From: a virus
DNA length: 64,000 nt
IMG/VR virus record: IMGVR_UViG_3300035670_000102
Span: 1 to 64,000 of that record
Strand: one strand, 5' to 3'
Shown here in pieces: positions 23,901 to 34,500 of the stretch. Position 1 is the first letter of the stretch, and each line of letters begins with the position of its first letter. A model generated the notes under the pieces. That model searched no databases. It was not told the DNA's origin and saw nothing but the letters and a program-made list of their open reading frames with translations. The position numbers were made by a program, and so were the translations under genes.

Positions 23901-26900
23901 TTGTAGATAGTACTTATAATGGACAGCATGATGTTTATGGTGTAGGAAATACTACTTTCAAAATTTCATTAGATCAAACACCAGAAAAATTAAATTATTA
24001 TCAGGAAGATTGTGATTTATTAAAATATTCTACTAAGTCTAAAACTGCTAATGGACCAGTAGAAAAAATAAAAATTATTTCATCTGGTGGTGGATATAAG
24101 AAATTGCCAATATATATTGGTTCCTTATCTAAAAATGGAGATGGAGCTTATATACTACCAAAATCTTCATCAATAGGTAAATTGAATAGATTTAGGATAG
24201 TTAATGAAGGTTTTGAATATGCTTCTGATAAAACTATTTCTCCATCTGCAAATATTCCCAAGGTAATTTCAATTACATCTTCAAGTTCTTTAAAATCAAT
24301 ATCAGTTCTTGATGGTGGAAAAAATTATACATCAGCTCCAAATCTGGTAACTGTAAATTCAATAACTGGAGAAAAAATAAATTCTGGTGTATTAATTCCA
24401 AAATTAATTGGAAACTCTATTTCTTCCGTTGAAATAAGAGAAATACCTAGAGGTTTGCCATTTAAAAAAGTTAGAATAATGGCAATTAGTAATACTAATG
24501 GAATAAAAATTGATGAGGTACAATCCTCAGTTAGTGGTATAGGAACATTAATTATAAGCACACCAATTGCTGGTTTTTCAACAGATCCATTTATAACTGG
24601 TGATGAAATATATGTAGAAGGTGTCACTAATCACAATCCAGGAGATGGTAATATTGGATACGGATTTAATAGTGAAAATCACGGTTATCAATTTTTCAAA
24701 GTTACTAGATATTATCAACAATCAAATCCAGGTAAATTAGAATTTCAAATACCAAAACTTTATGGAAATCCTGGTTTAGCAAAAACAATTCAAGATTCTT
24801 TTGCGTCTGTTATTAAATCTACAAATTATCCAAAATTTTCTGTAGAACAAGAACTTAGCGTATTTTTAGATAGTGAAAAAATATATTCTTCTATAAATGG
24901 CTTCCCATTTGAAAAAAGAGATTTATATGTATCATCTTCAAATGGAAATTATGTCAGACTAATTGGTAAATATGAATTAACCACTGGTGAAATTATAAAA
25001 GGTGAATATTCATCTACAGTTGCAACAGTAAGTGAAATTAAAAATGTTGATGGAATGTTTGAAATTAATTTTTCAAAAAATGAAAAAATAGGATGGCTTG
25101 ATGATACTGGAAAAACTAATTTAGAAACTCAAGTTATACAAAATAATGATTATTACCAAAGTCTTTCATATACAATTAAAAGTCCAAAGGAGTGGGATCA
25201 AATTGTAACTCCAGTTAATAATTTAGTTCATCCAAGTGGATTTAAAAATTTTGCAGATACTGAAATAACTCAAAATGCAGAATCTGGAATTGCAACTGCA
25301 AGTCAAATACCCTTTTCAATAATTAAAGATTTTATAACTGAAAGTGATGTAACAACAATCAACAATATTGATTTTGCAGTTGACATAGAGCCTTTATTAG
25401 ATTCTACAAATGTTGTTAAATTTAAAAATATTAAGTTAGCAGATTATGTTGAGTGTAGAACTAATCGGGTTTTACAAATAGATGATATAAGTCCTCTATT
25501 TTCTAGTATAGAAGACGAAAAAAATAAAACATTTTCAATTATTTTACCTTTAGAATTAACAAAAAAATTAACAAAAGCTTTAATTCAAGTTATAAAAACT
25601 GATTATAGTGAAATTCAATTATCTGAGATTGTTGTAATTAATACGCAAAATAATGTTTATACCTTACAAAAAGCAAATCTATCAAATAAGGGATCAAAAA
25701 TAGCTACAATATCCGGTGTTATTGATAGTTTCAATACATTCTATTTACAATTTGAACCTGATGATATATTTAACTCAGATTATGAAATAAAAATATTGAA
25801 AACAGAATTTAATACTCCTCTAACCGGAATTTCGACACAATCAATTGGTTTTAATAAACTTACTGCTTCAAATAAGCTTGTTAATCCTGGCGTAACAACT
25901 TCTGTAGTTTCATTTAATTCTTCACAAGTAAAATCATTTTACACAAGTATTCAAGTTTATAATACTTTAACAAATGAAATGAATTATGTTGAATTTTACA
26001 TAACTCATGATGGAACAGATACCTATATGAGTGAATTTTATTTTGATGATAAAAATGATAATCTCGGCAATTATATCGGATCTTTTGGTGTTAGTTTATC
26101 AAACCAAATAATTTCTCTTAATCTTACAAATACTTATACGGGTCTTAATAAACTTAGATTTAGTAGTAAAACAGTTGGTTTTGGTTCTACATCAGCTGGA
26201 ATTGGAACATATAGATTTAAATATCCAAAACAAAGAGATGGAAGTGAGCAAACTGCATTGTATGAATCCAAGTATGTTTTATCATCAACAAATACGGATA
26301 TAATTTCGGTTGATAGCAATAGGATTAGTTCTTTGAAAAGCACAGTAAGGGTTGGATATGGTAAGACAACCGCTTTACATCAGTTACTAATGGTTTATGA
26401 TGGATCTAATGTTATTACTACACAATATCCATTTTTATCTATTGGTAGTACCTCCGGAATAGGAACTTTTGGTGGATATTTAAGTGGTTCCAACTTAAGA
26501 TTAAGGTTCTATCCAGATACTAGTACCAATAATGCAGATTTAGAAATATTGATGTTTAACGAGGTATTTTATAAAGGATTTGATGAGATCAATATACCTC
26601 CTAAATTATTTTATTCTCCAATTACAGAAGCTTTTAGTATTGCAAAATATTTTGGAACTAATTCACAAAGAACTAACAGATTAAATTTTGATTTAAATTA
26701 TAATGGATATCCTATATTTAAAAAATCCTTTGATCCTGAAGATAGTACAATACTAGATCCAACAAATCACATTTTTACTATAGAAAATCATTTCTTTAGC
26801 ACTGGTGAAGAATTATATTACAGACCAAAATCGACTTTTATTGGTGTAGGTACAGCACCAATAGGTATTGGGACAACTCTAAGTTATTCTGGAATAACCA

Positions 26901-29900
26901 CGAATAAGCTTCCTGATGTAGTATATCCAATTAAAATTAATAATTCTCAATTCAGACTAGCTACAAGAAAAGAATATGCTCAAGCTGGAATTTATGTAAC
27001 ATTTACTTCTTTTGGTGAAGGAAATGCTCATGAACTTGAAATGGTTAAGAAAAATGAAAAGTCTTTTATTACTATTGCAAATTTAACTCAATATCCTTTA
27101 GCATGGACAAAAAATAAACAAACATTATCAGGAAATCCTGGAAGTTTGATTGGAATTGGCAATACTATTATATCATTAAGTGGAATTAGTACAGTAAACA
27201 TTACTGATATTTTAAGAGTTGATAATGAATATATGAAAGTAACAAATGTTGGATTTGGTACTACAAATATTGGTCCAATAACATTTAGTGGAAATGTTCC
27301 TTTAGTTGAAGTAGTTCGTGGTTTTTGCGGAACAGCCGCAACTAGTCATACTGATGGATCTATTGCTAGAATTTATAAAGGTTCTTATAATATTTCCGGA
27401 AATGAAATTTTCTTCACTGATCCACCAAGGGGTAATATCTTTGATTTAGTTGGACTTAATGAAAGCAATCTTACCAGAGAAAGGGCAAAGTTTTCTGGAA
27501 GGGTTTTCTTAAGAAAAGATTACACTAGAAACACTGTTTATGATAATATATCAGAATCATTTACTGGGATTGGACGAACTCACACATTAACAGTTCAAGG
27601 AATTAATACAGTAGGTCTTGGTACAACTGCAGGAAACGGATTGGTTTTCATTAATAGTATTTTCCAAACTCCTACAACAGAAAATGCAACAATTTCTAAT
27701 TTTGAAATAATAGAAGATTTTTCAGCTGGAATTACTAGTATAAGATTTAGTGGCATTACTAGTTCAAATGGTTCACAAATAGTATCAAATTATGATCAAA
27801 ATCAAAATCAATTGCCAAGAGGAGGTTTAATTGTATCTTTAGGTTCAACCCCAGGTCTTGGTTATGCTCCACTCGTAGGTGCTTCATTCAAGCCTATTAT
27901 TAATGGAAGTGGATCAATTGTTGGATTTGGAACTACTTCTATTTTTGGATCTGGATATAGAGGTTCTGTTTCTATTGCCGTAACTGAAAGTGGTCATTCA
28001 GGAACACCTGCAGTTATAACTGCAACTGTTGGTGCTGGTGGAACATTATCTTTAAATATTGTAAATGGTGGAACAGATTATACAAATCCAGCAATCATTA
28101 TTCCATCTCCAAGTTATGAAAATTTACCAATTATTGGTATATCACGCCTATCAGTTGGTTCAACTACAGAAACTGGAACTGGATTGTTGATGAATTTGGA
28201 AATGGGTCCAAGTTCTAGAACTGGAATTGGTTCTACCTTGTTTGAAGTATCTTCATTTAAGATTACTAGATCTGGGTTTAATTTCCAAATAGGAGATGTA
28301 TTTACACCAGTTGGTCTTGTAACCGCTAAAGGACTCAATCAACCATTAGAGCAATTTAAAGTTACTGTAGTAGAAATATTCAATGATTCATTTGGAGCTA
28401 TACAGCTTGGTGAAATGAATTATATTGATTCAATTAGGAATTTGCAAGATGGAAGAAGAACTAGATTCCCATTATATTACAATTCAGAACTTTTAAGTTT
28501 TGAATCAAATAGAGATGATCCAGATTCTTCTTTAATAGATTTTGATTCTTTATTAGTTATTTTCATTAATGGAATCTTACAAGAACCAAAAAAAGCATAC
28601 AATTTCAATGGTGGAACCACATTTAATTTCTTAACTGCACCAAAAAAAGAAGATAATGTTTCTATATTCTTCTATGTTGGAACCAGGGATGAGGATAGTG
28701 TAAGAATCTCTGTGGATCAAAGAATAAAAGAAGGAGATACTATACAAATCTATAGTGATAATAATAATTTACAGAATACAATTACACAAGATTCAAGAAC
28801 TGTGAATGTTATTTCTGGTTCAGATAGAATAGAAACTAATATTTACAGAGGAGAAGGTATTGATCCAATTAACTTTAAACCATTAAATTGGACAAAACAA
28901 AAAAGAGATATACTAATTAATGAAACTATTGTTTCTAAAGCCAGAGATTCTATCGAAAGTCAAGTATATCCAACCTCCAAAGTAATTAAAAATTTTGGAA
29001 CAACTGATTCAAATTTATTTGTCGATAATGCAGAATTTTTTGATTATGAAGAAGGACTACCAGTTGATAATTTTGATTGTTTAATAGTCAATGATCAAAA
29101 TACTTTAGTCTCGGCTGCAATTACTGCAACAGTGTCTATAGCAGGAACAATTAGTTCATTAACTATAGTTGATTCTGGGGAGGGTTATTCTGGAGCATCA
29201 ATTATTGTAAAGATTTCTCCACCTAAAAAAATTGGAGTTGGAGTTGGAACAACAGCTACTGCTTCTATTGCCATAAGTAATGGGAAATTGGTAGGACCAA
29301 TAACTATTACAAATCCAGGTTATGGATATACTATAACATCTCCTCCTCAAGTTTTAGTTCCTTCTCCACAAGTTGATAGTGAATTAATAAAAGGAATATC
29401 CATTGTTCAAGGATTTGATGGTGTAATTACTGGAATTGCTACTACTTCTGGATTAAATGGTGCTTCTTTAGCCCTCTCATTTACAATTGTCAGAGATCCA
29501 GCAGTTTATACTGATCTGGAAATAGGTTATCCAATATTTGTCAATAGTACCAGAGTTGGTAATGGTATTACCTCAATAGATAATGATAACGCACAAATTA
29601 TTGGGATTGGAACACAATTTTTGGACAATATTTATTATATACATGGAATTAATAAAACATTAGGTATAATTACTTGTAATATATCATCATCTTCTTCGGT
29701 AGTTGGAATTGCAACTACGGGAACATTGAATTACCCTGTGGGAAGATTTTCTTGGGGAAGATTTGCAGGTTTTTCGAGATCATCAAATCCAATTTCAATT
29801 GCAGTTACTGGAAAAACTATTGATGTTGGTTTAACAACATTTTCTTCAGTTCAAAGAAGAAATTATGGTTTAAGAAATACTGGATCATTGAAGAAACGTG

Positions 29901-29914
29901 TAATGGGATTATAA
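17936..29914 (+). CDS. g7: Large baseplate wedge initiator (gp7-like, 3992 aa) with an internal YHYH-like domain
   Basis: Lies between g6 and g8; FYQSKGT..SF..LF N-terminal motif; HSPIIGWAYDGNPIYGPYGY...DLD.HNGR; LVHPSGF. Confidence 0.8.
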   Translation: MIKTGFENRVKVQQIIQNQLPEFILDESPKTIDFLKQYYISQEYQGGPIDISDNLDQYLNLDNLTPEVIQGSTTLSYNISEAVGIVTVSSTKGFPSKYGLLKIDDEIITYTGITTNTFTGCIRGFSGITNYHKDLEYEELVFSSTSSSSHFAESEVENLSVLFLQEFYKKLKYTLAPGLENIDFVSNLNVGTFLKNARSFYQSKGTKESFRILFNILYGVNPKIIDLENFLIKPSDAKYIRREVILVEQITGNPLRLIGQTLKSKQSDDLSASISEVEIVTRGGKSYYKFFIFVGYDDTQTTSFSNFTITPNTKCIDKILSGDTVITVDSTLGFPDSGILYANDQKINYSSKSINQFFGCYTIGYNAILSDIDKTTPIISDYTYYGYENGDTSKEVVVRITGVLSNFKIDSTDYSLVTGDVITVKSLGDNISPNQSGKNATYKQINANSWIYNTSSRYQLDSFSESFAFTKSSVHKSSLKVNDYVEFLQRNTEIPVAGLDNVRITNIIDNKKVFFDTNISSLNSRKKYDIRRKVKKSNSTLVPIGIGTINLNNKVFSDVQNVYSDGDEYLYVASNSLPSYEINSDIFEYVVSSIPNSGLNNSTGKYSILEFSDYISFLTGDEVYYSFSDQPISGLSEGKYYVKLLSNRQLQLFSARNFIDTNKYLEFSNVLPTGNHTFTLLSQKEKIISPQKILKKIKLNPEISDKIGDDTLPGSSGILINGVEIFNYKSNDKIYYGPLEKVRVLNSGSDYDVINPPKIEISGNALVQPIVQGSITSVYVDPQEFDIDVFITISVTGGNGSDVSLKPIIVKNRREIEFDARQTTRGGGIDVVNERITFLNNHNLFTGQEIIYDTNGNDEIGIGSFRGVNYDQGNLVDNAIYYAKVLNDRTIQIHQTKSDAITGVNTVGFTTIGTSGIQKFKTSIRNTLSEIKVLNGGNGFTNRELIVKSSGISTSKHTINFKNHGFLTGEIITYTYTSSPVVGLSSENSYYVGKLTDDSFRLYNAGIGVTISENYEKNNYVKFSSTGSGYQIFNYPEIAVVANYSGIGIGSTQIRGNIVCTPTVRGEIVDAYVYETGSNYGSTILNYHKKPTIKIKTGTTAQLKPVISNGKIIKVLVLFGGSNYDSTPDLEVFGDGTGAVLRAITSNGKINSVKIINSGFGYLDTSTSILVKRPGKNAVFDGVVRSLSVNKSYQYGVQDALYRESANEIIVKSTDNLQYFVCGYSENLKNNFNEVSNKHSPIIGWAYDGNPIYGPYGYSDPYNSSSPLKLIKTGYATTDVSNRPSGFDLGFFNEDYIFNNSGDLDSHNGRFCKTPEFPNGVYAYFASTKLNPSGELTGEFPYFIGKNYRSQFVTDNIFLNQYTYDLNNSGLIRNTFPYRVDDEYSGNDFITESNELINQTTVIESVTPGEVTSFEVIESGSGYKVGDKLIFDQDGTSGYGVDAAVSEISGGQIANINTTKVTYSNAVIERKNSDELMITIKPYHNLNSGDIVSISGLSTNLFSLNGFYKVGFNTQTSYILKDVPAPAVTGVVTFISLPNIPDSVSIGSSIKVDNEIFSILDIYKTNGALKVLRTGAGVSHSQRAPIYFFPDSFTIYKKTDGFDSKNNVKVFFNPRNTLGVGTTPGEGNNKSYFIDGVQYYTYNTTQSIFVPNHPFKTGEKVIVTKPSGTSAITVSTSPDSGAYGILVGASEILYIINKSKDYIGLVTSVGVTTNTSGLFFPVAGGSNNELYSIESDKNQIKCDVNKLEATVSISSSHLLNNNDIINLQIKPNLKVGIGTTANILLRYNNTYKKLLIDKVIFDSSSVNTTNSTIGITSHYYKTGDSVFYDSGDTVASGLSTGKYFICKIDDNIVKLSETYYDCFLDTPKTVSITSTGGDLQELSLINPKLKSIKNNKIIFNVSDSSLLGYNFNLYYDREFKNKFEINLTNGSNVILGFGTVGNPGIGTISTRIVNYSTVGFPERLYYNFEKDGTPLEIDNDVADFCQISFVDSTYNGQHDVYGVGNTTFKISLDQTPEKLNYYQEDCDLLKYSTKSKTANGPVEKIKIISSGGGYKKLPIYIGSLSKNGDGAYILPKSSSIGKLNRFRIVNEGFEYASDKTISPSANIPKVISITSSSSLKSISVLDGGKNYTSAPNLVTVNSITGEKINSGVLIPKLIGNSISSVEIREIPRGLPFKKVRIMAISNTNGIKIDEVQSSVSGIGTLIISTPIAGFSTDPFITGDEIYVEGVTNHNPGDGNIGYGFNSENHGYQFFKVTRYYQQSNPGKLEFQIPKLYGNPGLAKTIQDSFASVIKSTNYPKFSVEQELSVFLDSEKIYSSINGFPFEKRDLYVSSSNGNYVRLIGKYELTTGEIIKGEYSSTVATVSEIKNVDGMFEINFSKNEKIGWLDDTGKTNLETQVIQNNDYYQSLSYTIKSPKEWDQIVTPVNNLVHPSGFKNFADTEITQNAESGIATASQIPFSIIKDFITESDVTTINNIDFAVDIEPLLDSTNVVKFKNIKLADYVECRTNRVLQIDDISPLFSSIEDEKNKTFSIILPLELTKKLTKALIQVIKTDYSEIQLSEIVVINTQNNVYTLQKANLSNKGSKIATISGVIDSFNTFYLQFEPDDIFNSDYEIKILKTEFNTPLTGISTQSIGFNKLTASNKLVNPGVTTSVVSFNSSQVKSFYTSIQVYNTLTNEMNYVEFYITHDGTDTYMSEFYFDDKNDNLGNYIGSFGVSLSNQIISLNLTNTYTGLNKLRFSSKTVGFGSTSAGIGTYRFKYPKQRDGSEQTALYESKYVLSSTNTDIISVDSNRISSLKSTVRVGYGKTTALHQLLMVYDGSNVITTQYPFLSIGSTSGIGTFGGYLSGSNLRLRFYPDTSTNNADLEILMFNEVFYKGFDEINIPPKLFYSPITEAFSIAKYFGTNSQRTNRLNFDLNYNGYPIFKKSFDPEDSTILDPTNHIFTIENHFFSTGEELYYRPKSTFIGVGTAPIGIGTTLSYSGITTNKLPDVVYPIKINNSQFRLATRKEYAQAGIYVTFTSFGEGNAHELEMVKKNEKSFITIANLTQYPLAWTKNKQTLSGNPGSLIGIGNTIISLSGISTVNITDILRVDNEYMKVTNVGFGTTNIGPITFSGNVPLVEVVRGFCGTAATSHTDGSIARIYKGSYNISGNEIFFTDPPRGNIFDLVGLNESNLTRERAKFSGRVFLRKDYTRNTVYDNISESFTGIGRTHTLTVQGINTVGLGTTAGNGLVFINSIFQTPTTENATISNFEIIEDFSAGITSIRFSGITSSNGSQIVSNYDQNQNQLPRGGLIVSLGSTPGLGYAPLVGASFKPIINGSGSIVGFGTTSIFGSGYRGSVSIAVTESGHSGTPAVITATVGAGGTLSLNIVNGGTDYTNPAIIIPSPSYENLPIIGISRLSVGSTTETGTGLLMNLEMGPSSRTGIGSTLFEVSSFKITRSGFNFQIGDVFTPVGLVTAKGLNQPLEQFKVTVVEIFNDSFGAIQLGEMNYIDSIRNLQDGRRTRFPLYYNSELLSFESNRDDPDSSLIDFDSLLVIFINGILQEPKKAYNFNGGTTFNFLTAPKKEDNVSIFFYVGTRDEDSVRISVDQRIKEGDTIQIYSDNNNLQNTITQDSRTVNVISGSDRIETNIYRGEGIDPINFKPLNWTKQKRDILINETIVSKARDSIESQVYPTSKVIKNFGTTDSNLFVDNAEFFDYEEGLPVDNFDCLIVNDQNTLVSAAITATVSIAGTISSLTIVDSGEGYSGASIIVKISPPKKIGVGVGTTATASIAISNGKLVGPITITNPGYGYTITSPPQVLVPSPQVDSELIKGISIVQGFDGVITGIATTSGLNGASLALSFTIVRDPAVYTDLEIGYPIFVNSTRVGNGITSIDNDNAQIIGIGTQFLDNIYYIHGINKTLGIITCNISSSSSVVGIATTGTLNYPVGRFSWGRFAGFSRSSNPISIAVTGKTIDVGLTTFSSVQRRNYGLRNTGSLKKRVMGL

Positions 29915-29917
29915 ATA
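29910..29917 (+). promoter_or_regulatory. Late promoter TATAAATA
   Basis: Exact T4 consensus before g8. Confidence 0.8.
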
Positions 29918-29932
29918 TAGAAAAAACGGTAT

Positions 29933-31528
29933 ATGTCTGCACTCGTAACAGATCAATTTAGAATATTAAATGCGACGAATTTTATAAATTCTATTGAAAC
30001 TGAAGAAAGTTACTATTACGTTTTTGTTGGCTTACCAAATCCACAAATAAATGATGGGTTTGGTAGGAATGAAAATTGGGATAGATTAGATATTCCGGAT
30101 CCAAATTTGGCTGTCATTCCAAATCCAATAGATAATTTTGATTATCTACCACACTATGGTGATTTATCTTTATATGGAAAAAGAATTACAAATTCAAATG
30201 TAAGAAGGGCAATAAGAAAAGTTAGTTGGGTTTCTGGAAATCGATATGAAATGTATAGACATGATTATAGTATCGAAAATCCTGCTCCAATATCTAATAG
30301 CTCTAGACTATATGATACAAATTATTATGTAATTAATTCGGATTATCAAGTATATATTTGTATAGACAATGGTTCATCTGGAATTAATACCACAGGAAAT
30401 CAATCTAAAGATGAACCACTTTTTACTGATCTAGAACCATCTAGAGCTGGTGAAAGTGATGATGGTTATATTTGGAAATATCTATTTACAATTTCGCCAA
30501 GTGATATTGTAAAGTTTGATTCTACGGAATATATTACGCTTCCCAATGAGTGGAATACTTCCACAAGTCCTCAAATTGTTGCGGTGAGGGAAAATGGTGA
30601 TTCTACAGTAAATGAAAATCAAATTAAAAAAGTTTATATTGAAAATCCAGGAGTAAATTATACGTCGGGGGAAGTTGATATATTAGGTGATGGTACTGGA
30701 GGTAGGGTCTTTATTGATGTAAACGAAAATGGAGAAATTACAACTGCTACAGTAACTGCTGGTGGAAAAAATTATACTTATGGAATTGTAGACTTAGGAC
30801 CTTTACAACCAGCCGGAAGTATTCCATTTCCAGCAAAGTTAGTTCCAATTATACCGCCATCTAGAGGTCATGGATACGATTTATATCGAGAACTTGGTGC
30901 AGATAAAGTTTTAATTTATACAAGATTTGACGATTCTTCTAAAGATTTTCCAACAGATACTAAGTTTGCTCAAATAGGAATAGTAAAAAATCCAACTAAA
31001 TTTATTTCTTCTGAGAGATTTTCTGATCCACAATTTTCTAGTTGTTATGCTATGAAAGTTATTCCAACTACTTCAAGTTCCCCATTAGTTGGTGAAAAAA
31101 TATCTCAGGATACTGATGGAACGGGAAATAATATCGCAGTTGGGTATGTTGCATCATATGATTCAGAAACTAATGTTTTAAAATATTTTAGAGATAGATC
31201 CTTATATTTAAATCCATCTTTTTATGACACCACAGATTATCTTGATGTTAGTATTAAGGCAAACGCTAATGTTGAATTTACATATACTGGAGGTGCAGTT
31301 TTTACAACAAGCGGTTTCACTGGATCAATAGATGGGAATTTTACGGGAATTCAAACTAGCCCAACAAATTCAAATAAAGTGATACCTTTAGACGTGGAAT
31401 TTATTAGAGGCTTAGCAAATCCGGAGATAAATAAAGGATCGGGGGATATTATTTACATAGATAATAGACCTTTAGTTTCAAGAAATCTCAGACAAAAAGA
31501 AGACATTAAAATTATCCTGGAATTTTAA
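29933..31528 (+). CDS. g8: Baseplate wedge subunit gp8
   Basis: YQVYICIDNG...DGYIWKYLFTI...SGDIIYIDNR...QKEDIKIILEF. Confidence 0.92.
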   Translation: MSALVTDQFRILNATNFINSIETEESYYYVFVGLPNPQINDGFGRNENWDRLDIPDPNLAVIPNPIDNFDYLPHYGDLSLYGKRITNSNVRRAIRKVSWVSGNRYEMYRHDYSIENPAPISNSSRLYDTNYYVINSDYQVYICIDNGSSGINTTGNQSKDEPLFTDLEPSRAGESDDGYIWKYLFTISPSDIVKFDSTEYITLPNEWNTSTSPQIVAVRENGDSTVNENQIKKVYIENPGVNYTSGEVDILGDGTGGRVFIDVNENGEITTATVTAGGKNYTYGIVDLGPLQPAGSIPFPAKLVPIIPPSRGHGYDLYRELGADKVLIYTRFDDSSKDFPTDTKFAQIGIVKNPTKFISSERFSDPQFSSCYAMKVIPTTSSSPLVGEKISQDTDGTGNNIAVGYVASYDSETNVLKYFRDRSLYLNPSFYDTTDYLDVSIKANANVEFTYTGGAVFTTSGFTGSIDGNFTGIQTSPTNSNKVIPLDVEFIRGLANPEINKGSGDIIYIDNRPLVSRNLRQKEDIKIILEF

Positions 31529-31533
31529 AAACA

Positions 31534-34500
31534 ATGGCACAAAAAACAAACCTTAATGTAAGTCCATATTTTGACGATTTTAATTCTGATAAAAATTTTT
31601 ATAAGGTTTTATTTAATCCAGGACGAGCAATTCAGTCTAGAGAATTAAATACATTACAGTCAATATTACAAAATCAAATTGAGTCTTTTGGAAGTCATAT
31701 ATTCAAAGAAGGATCTATAGTAATACCAGGAAATATTAGTTACGATTCAAAATTTTATGCAGTAAAATTAAATCCATCCAATTTCAATATTGATATTGGA
31801 TTATATATTAATAATTTTATTGGCAAAAAAATAAAAGGTCAGGTTTCTGGAATTACAGCATCTATCCAATCAGTTGCCTTTCCAAACAACGATGAGATTG
31901 ATTATATTACAATATATGTAAAATATCTTGACTCTAATAATGATTTTATAAATTCCACATTTACTAGTGGTGAAGGATTAGTTTGTACTGAAAATGTAAC
32001 TTATGGAAATACAACTATTAATGCTGGCACTATATTTGCATCTTTAATATCAGATAACCCAACTTTTATTGGCTCATCAGCATCAATTAATGAAGGTATA
32101 GTTTTTGTTAGGGGTTCATTCGTAAAAGTATCAAAGCAAACTTTAATATTAGATTACTATTCAAACACACCTTCTTACAGAGTTGGATTAAGAGTAGTTG
32201 AAGAAATTATAACTGCAAAAGATGATTCATCATTGTATGATAATGCAAAAGGTTTTACAAACTATGCAGCTCCTGGAGCAGATAGATTCAAAATATCATT
32301 AGTTTTAACTAAAAAACCTCTAAATGAATATAATACTGATACTGACTTTATAGAATTACTTAGAGTTAAAGATGGTTTAATTCAAAAAATTGAAACAAAA
32401 AGTGATTATGGAATCATCAAAGATTACTTAGCACAGAGAACATTTGACGAATCTGGAAATTATACTGTTGTTCCATTTACAATATCAGTAAATAATTCAT
32501 TAAATGATAGATTAGGTAATGATGGATTATATTTTGATACAGAAGAAACTGATGAAAGGAATAAACCAAATGATGATTTGATGTGTATAAAAATTTCACC
32601 AGGAAAAGCTTATGTTAGAGGGTATGATATTGAAAAAACAGGAACTACTATAATTGATGTAAAAAAACCTAGAGATAAGCAATTAATATCTGGTATTGGT
32701 TTACCATTTGAAATGGGTAACTTGATTAGAGTAAATAATGTTACTGGTTGCCCAACAGAAAGATTAACAATAGACTTATACAATAGAAGAGTTGATGATA
32801 GTGGTTCAATAAAAATTGGCGATGCTCGTGTTTATACATTCAATTTAACAGATTCCAGATATGTTGATGATACTACAACTTGGGATCTATACTTATATGA
32901 TATTCAAACTTATGTTAGATTAACTCTCAATAATACACTTTCAAATACTGAATTAGTATCAACTTCATATATTGTTGGAAAAAGTAGTGGAGCTTCTGGT
33001 TATGCAGTTTCTTCAGGAAATAATTCTCAAATAGTTAATATTCGCCAAGTTTCGGGAAATTTTATTGTTGGTGAAAAAATATTAATTAATGGAATTGAAG
33101 ATACATCAAGAATAATTAAAAGTATCCAAGCTTTTAATTCTAGTGATATTAAATCCGTTTATCAATCTGGATCTCCAGCATTTACTGCAGACACTGTATT
33201 ATCAAATACGACTCCATATGGATTCAACAGTCAGGATCAAATAACAATAACTTCTGGTGGTACAGTAACTTCACCAAACAAATTATTCACAGGTATAAGT
33301 ACAAATTCAATAATAAAGTATTCAATATCTGGATTTAGTACGGAATCTTATAATAGAGTAACATCAGTATCAAATGATGGTCTCTCAATGACTGTTGTTG
33401 CTATACCTAATGTTAATGGAGTTTGTGTTGGAAGTTTACCATCTTCTCAAATTTCATCTAGATTTTCTCTAGGGGCTTCATCAATTTTGAATGAGGAAAA
33501 TGCTTACCTTTATTGTAAATTACCAAATTCAAATATAGCAAATGTAGATTTATCAGATTCTAATATTAGTTTTTCTGCACAATCTAATATAAGTCCCACA
33601 GTTAGTGGAAATACTTTAACAGTATTTCCAGGTGACTTCAACTTACCATCCGGAATTTCTACAGCTTCTTTCCAAGCATATGATGAAAAAAGATATTCAA
33701 TTCATTATACTGATGGAACAGTTGAAACTTTGTCTAGTGATGAAGTAACAATATTACCAACTTCTGTTAGATTTAATGGAATTAGTAATAAAACTGTTCA
33801 TAAAATTAATGCATCATTTATTAAGCAAGGAATTCAAAGTAAGTTAAAAACTTATTCTCGTAGCAAAATAATTGGTGTTTCATTATCCAAATACCAATCT
33901 TCAGGAACAGGAATTAGTACATCGATATATGATGGGTTGAATTATAATCCATATTATGGTTTAAGAGTTCAAGATGAAGAAATTTGTTTAAATTATCCAG
34001 ATGTTGTAAAAGTTTTGGCTGTTTACGAATCTTTAGATGTTAATGAACCCATATTAGATTCAATTTCCTTTTCAGCAACAGTAAATGTTTTATCAAATGC
34101 AATTATTGGAGAAAATATAGTAGGAAAAGAAAGTAATACCGTTGCTAGGGTTGTTCGTAAACCTAATGAGTATCCAAACAATTTAGAAATTGTTTATTTA
34201 AATTCAAATAGATTTTCAAAAAATGAATTAGTTACTTTTGGAGAATCAAATATTGAGGCTGAAATTGATAGTATAATTTTTGGAAAATATAAAGATATAA
34301 CAAATTCATTTAAACTTGATAAGGGTCAAAGAGATCAATATTACGATTATTCCCGTTTAATAAGAAATCGTGGAGAATCTGAACCATCTAGAAGATTATT
34401 AATTGTTTTTGATCATTATGAAGTTTCTGGCAGTGATAATGGGGATGCTTTTACTGTATTGAGCTATAATTCTGATAGATTTTTAAAAGATATTCCTAAT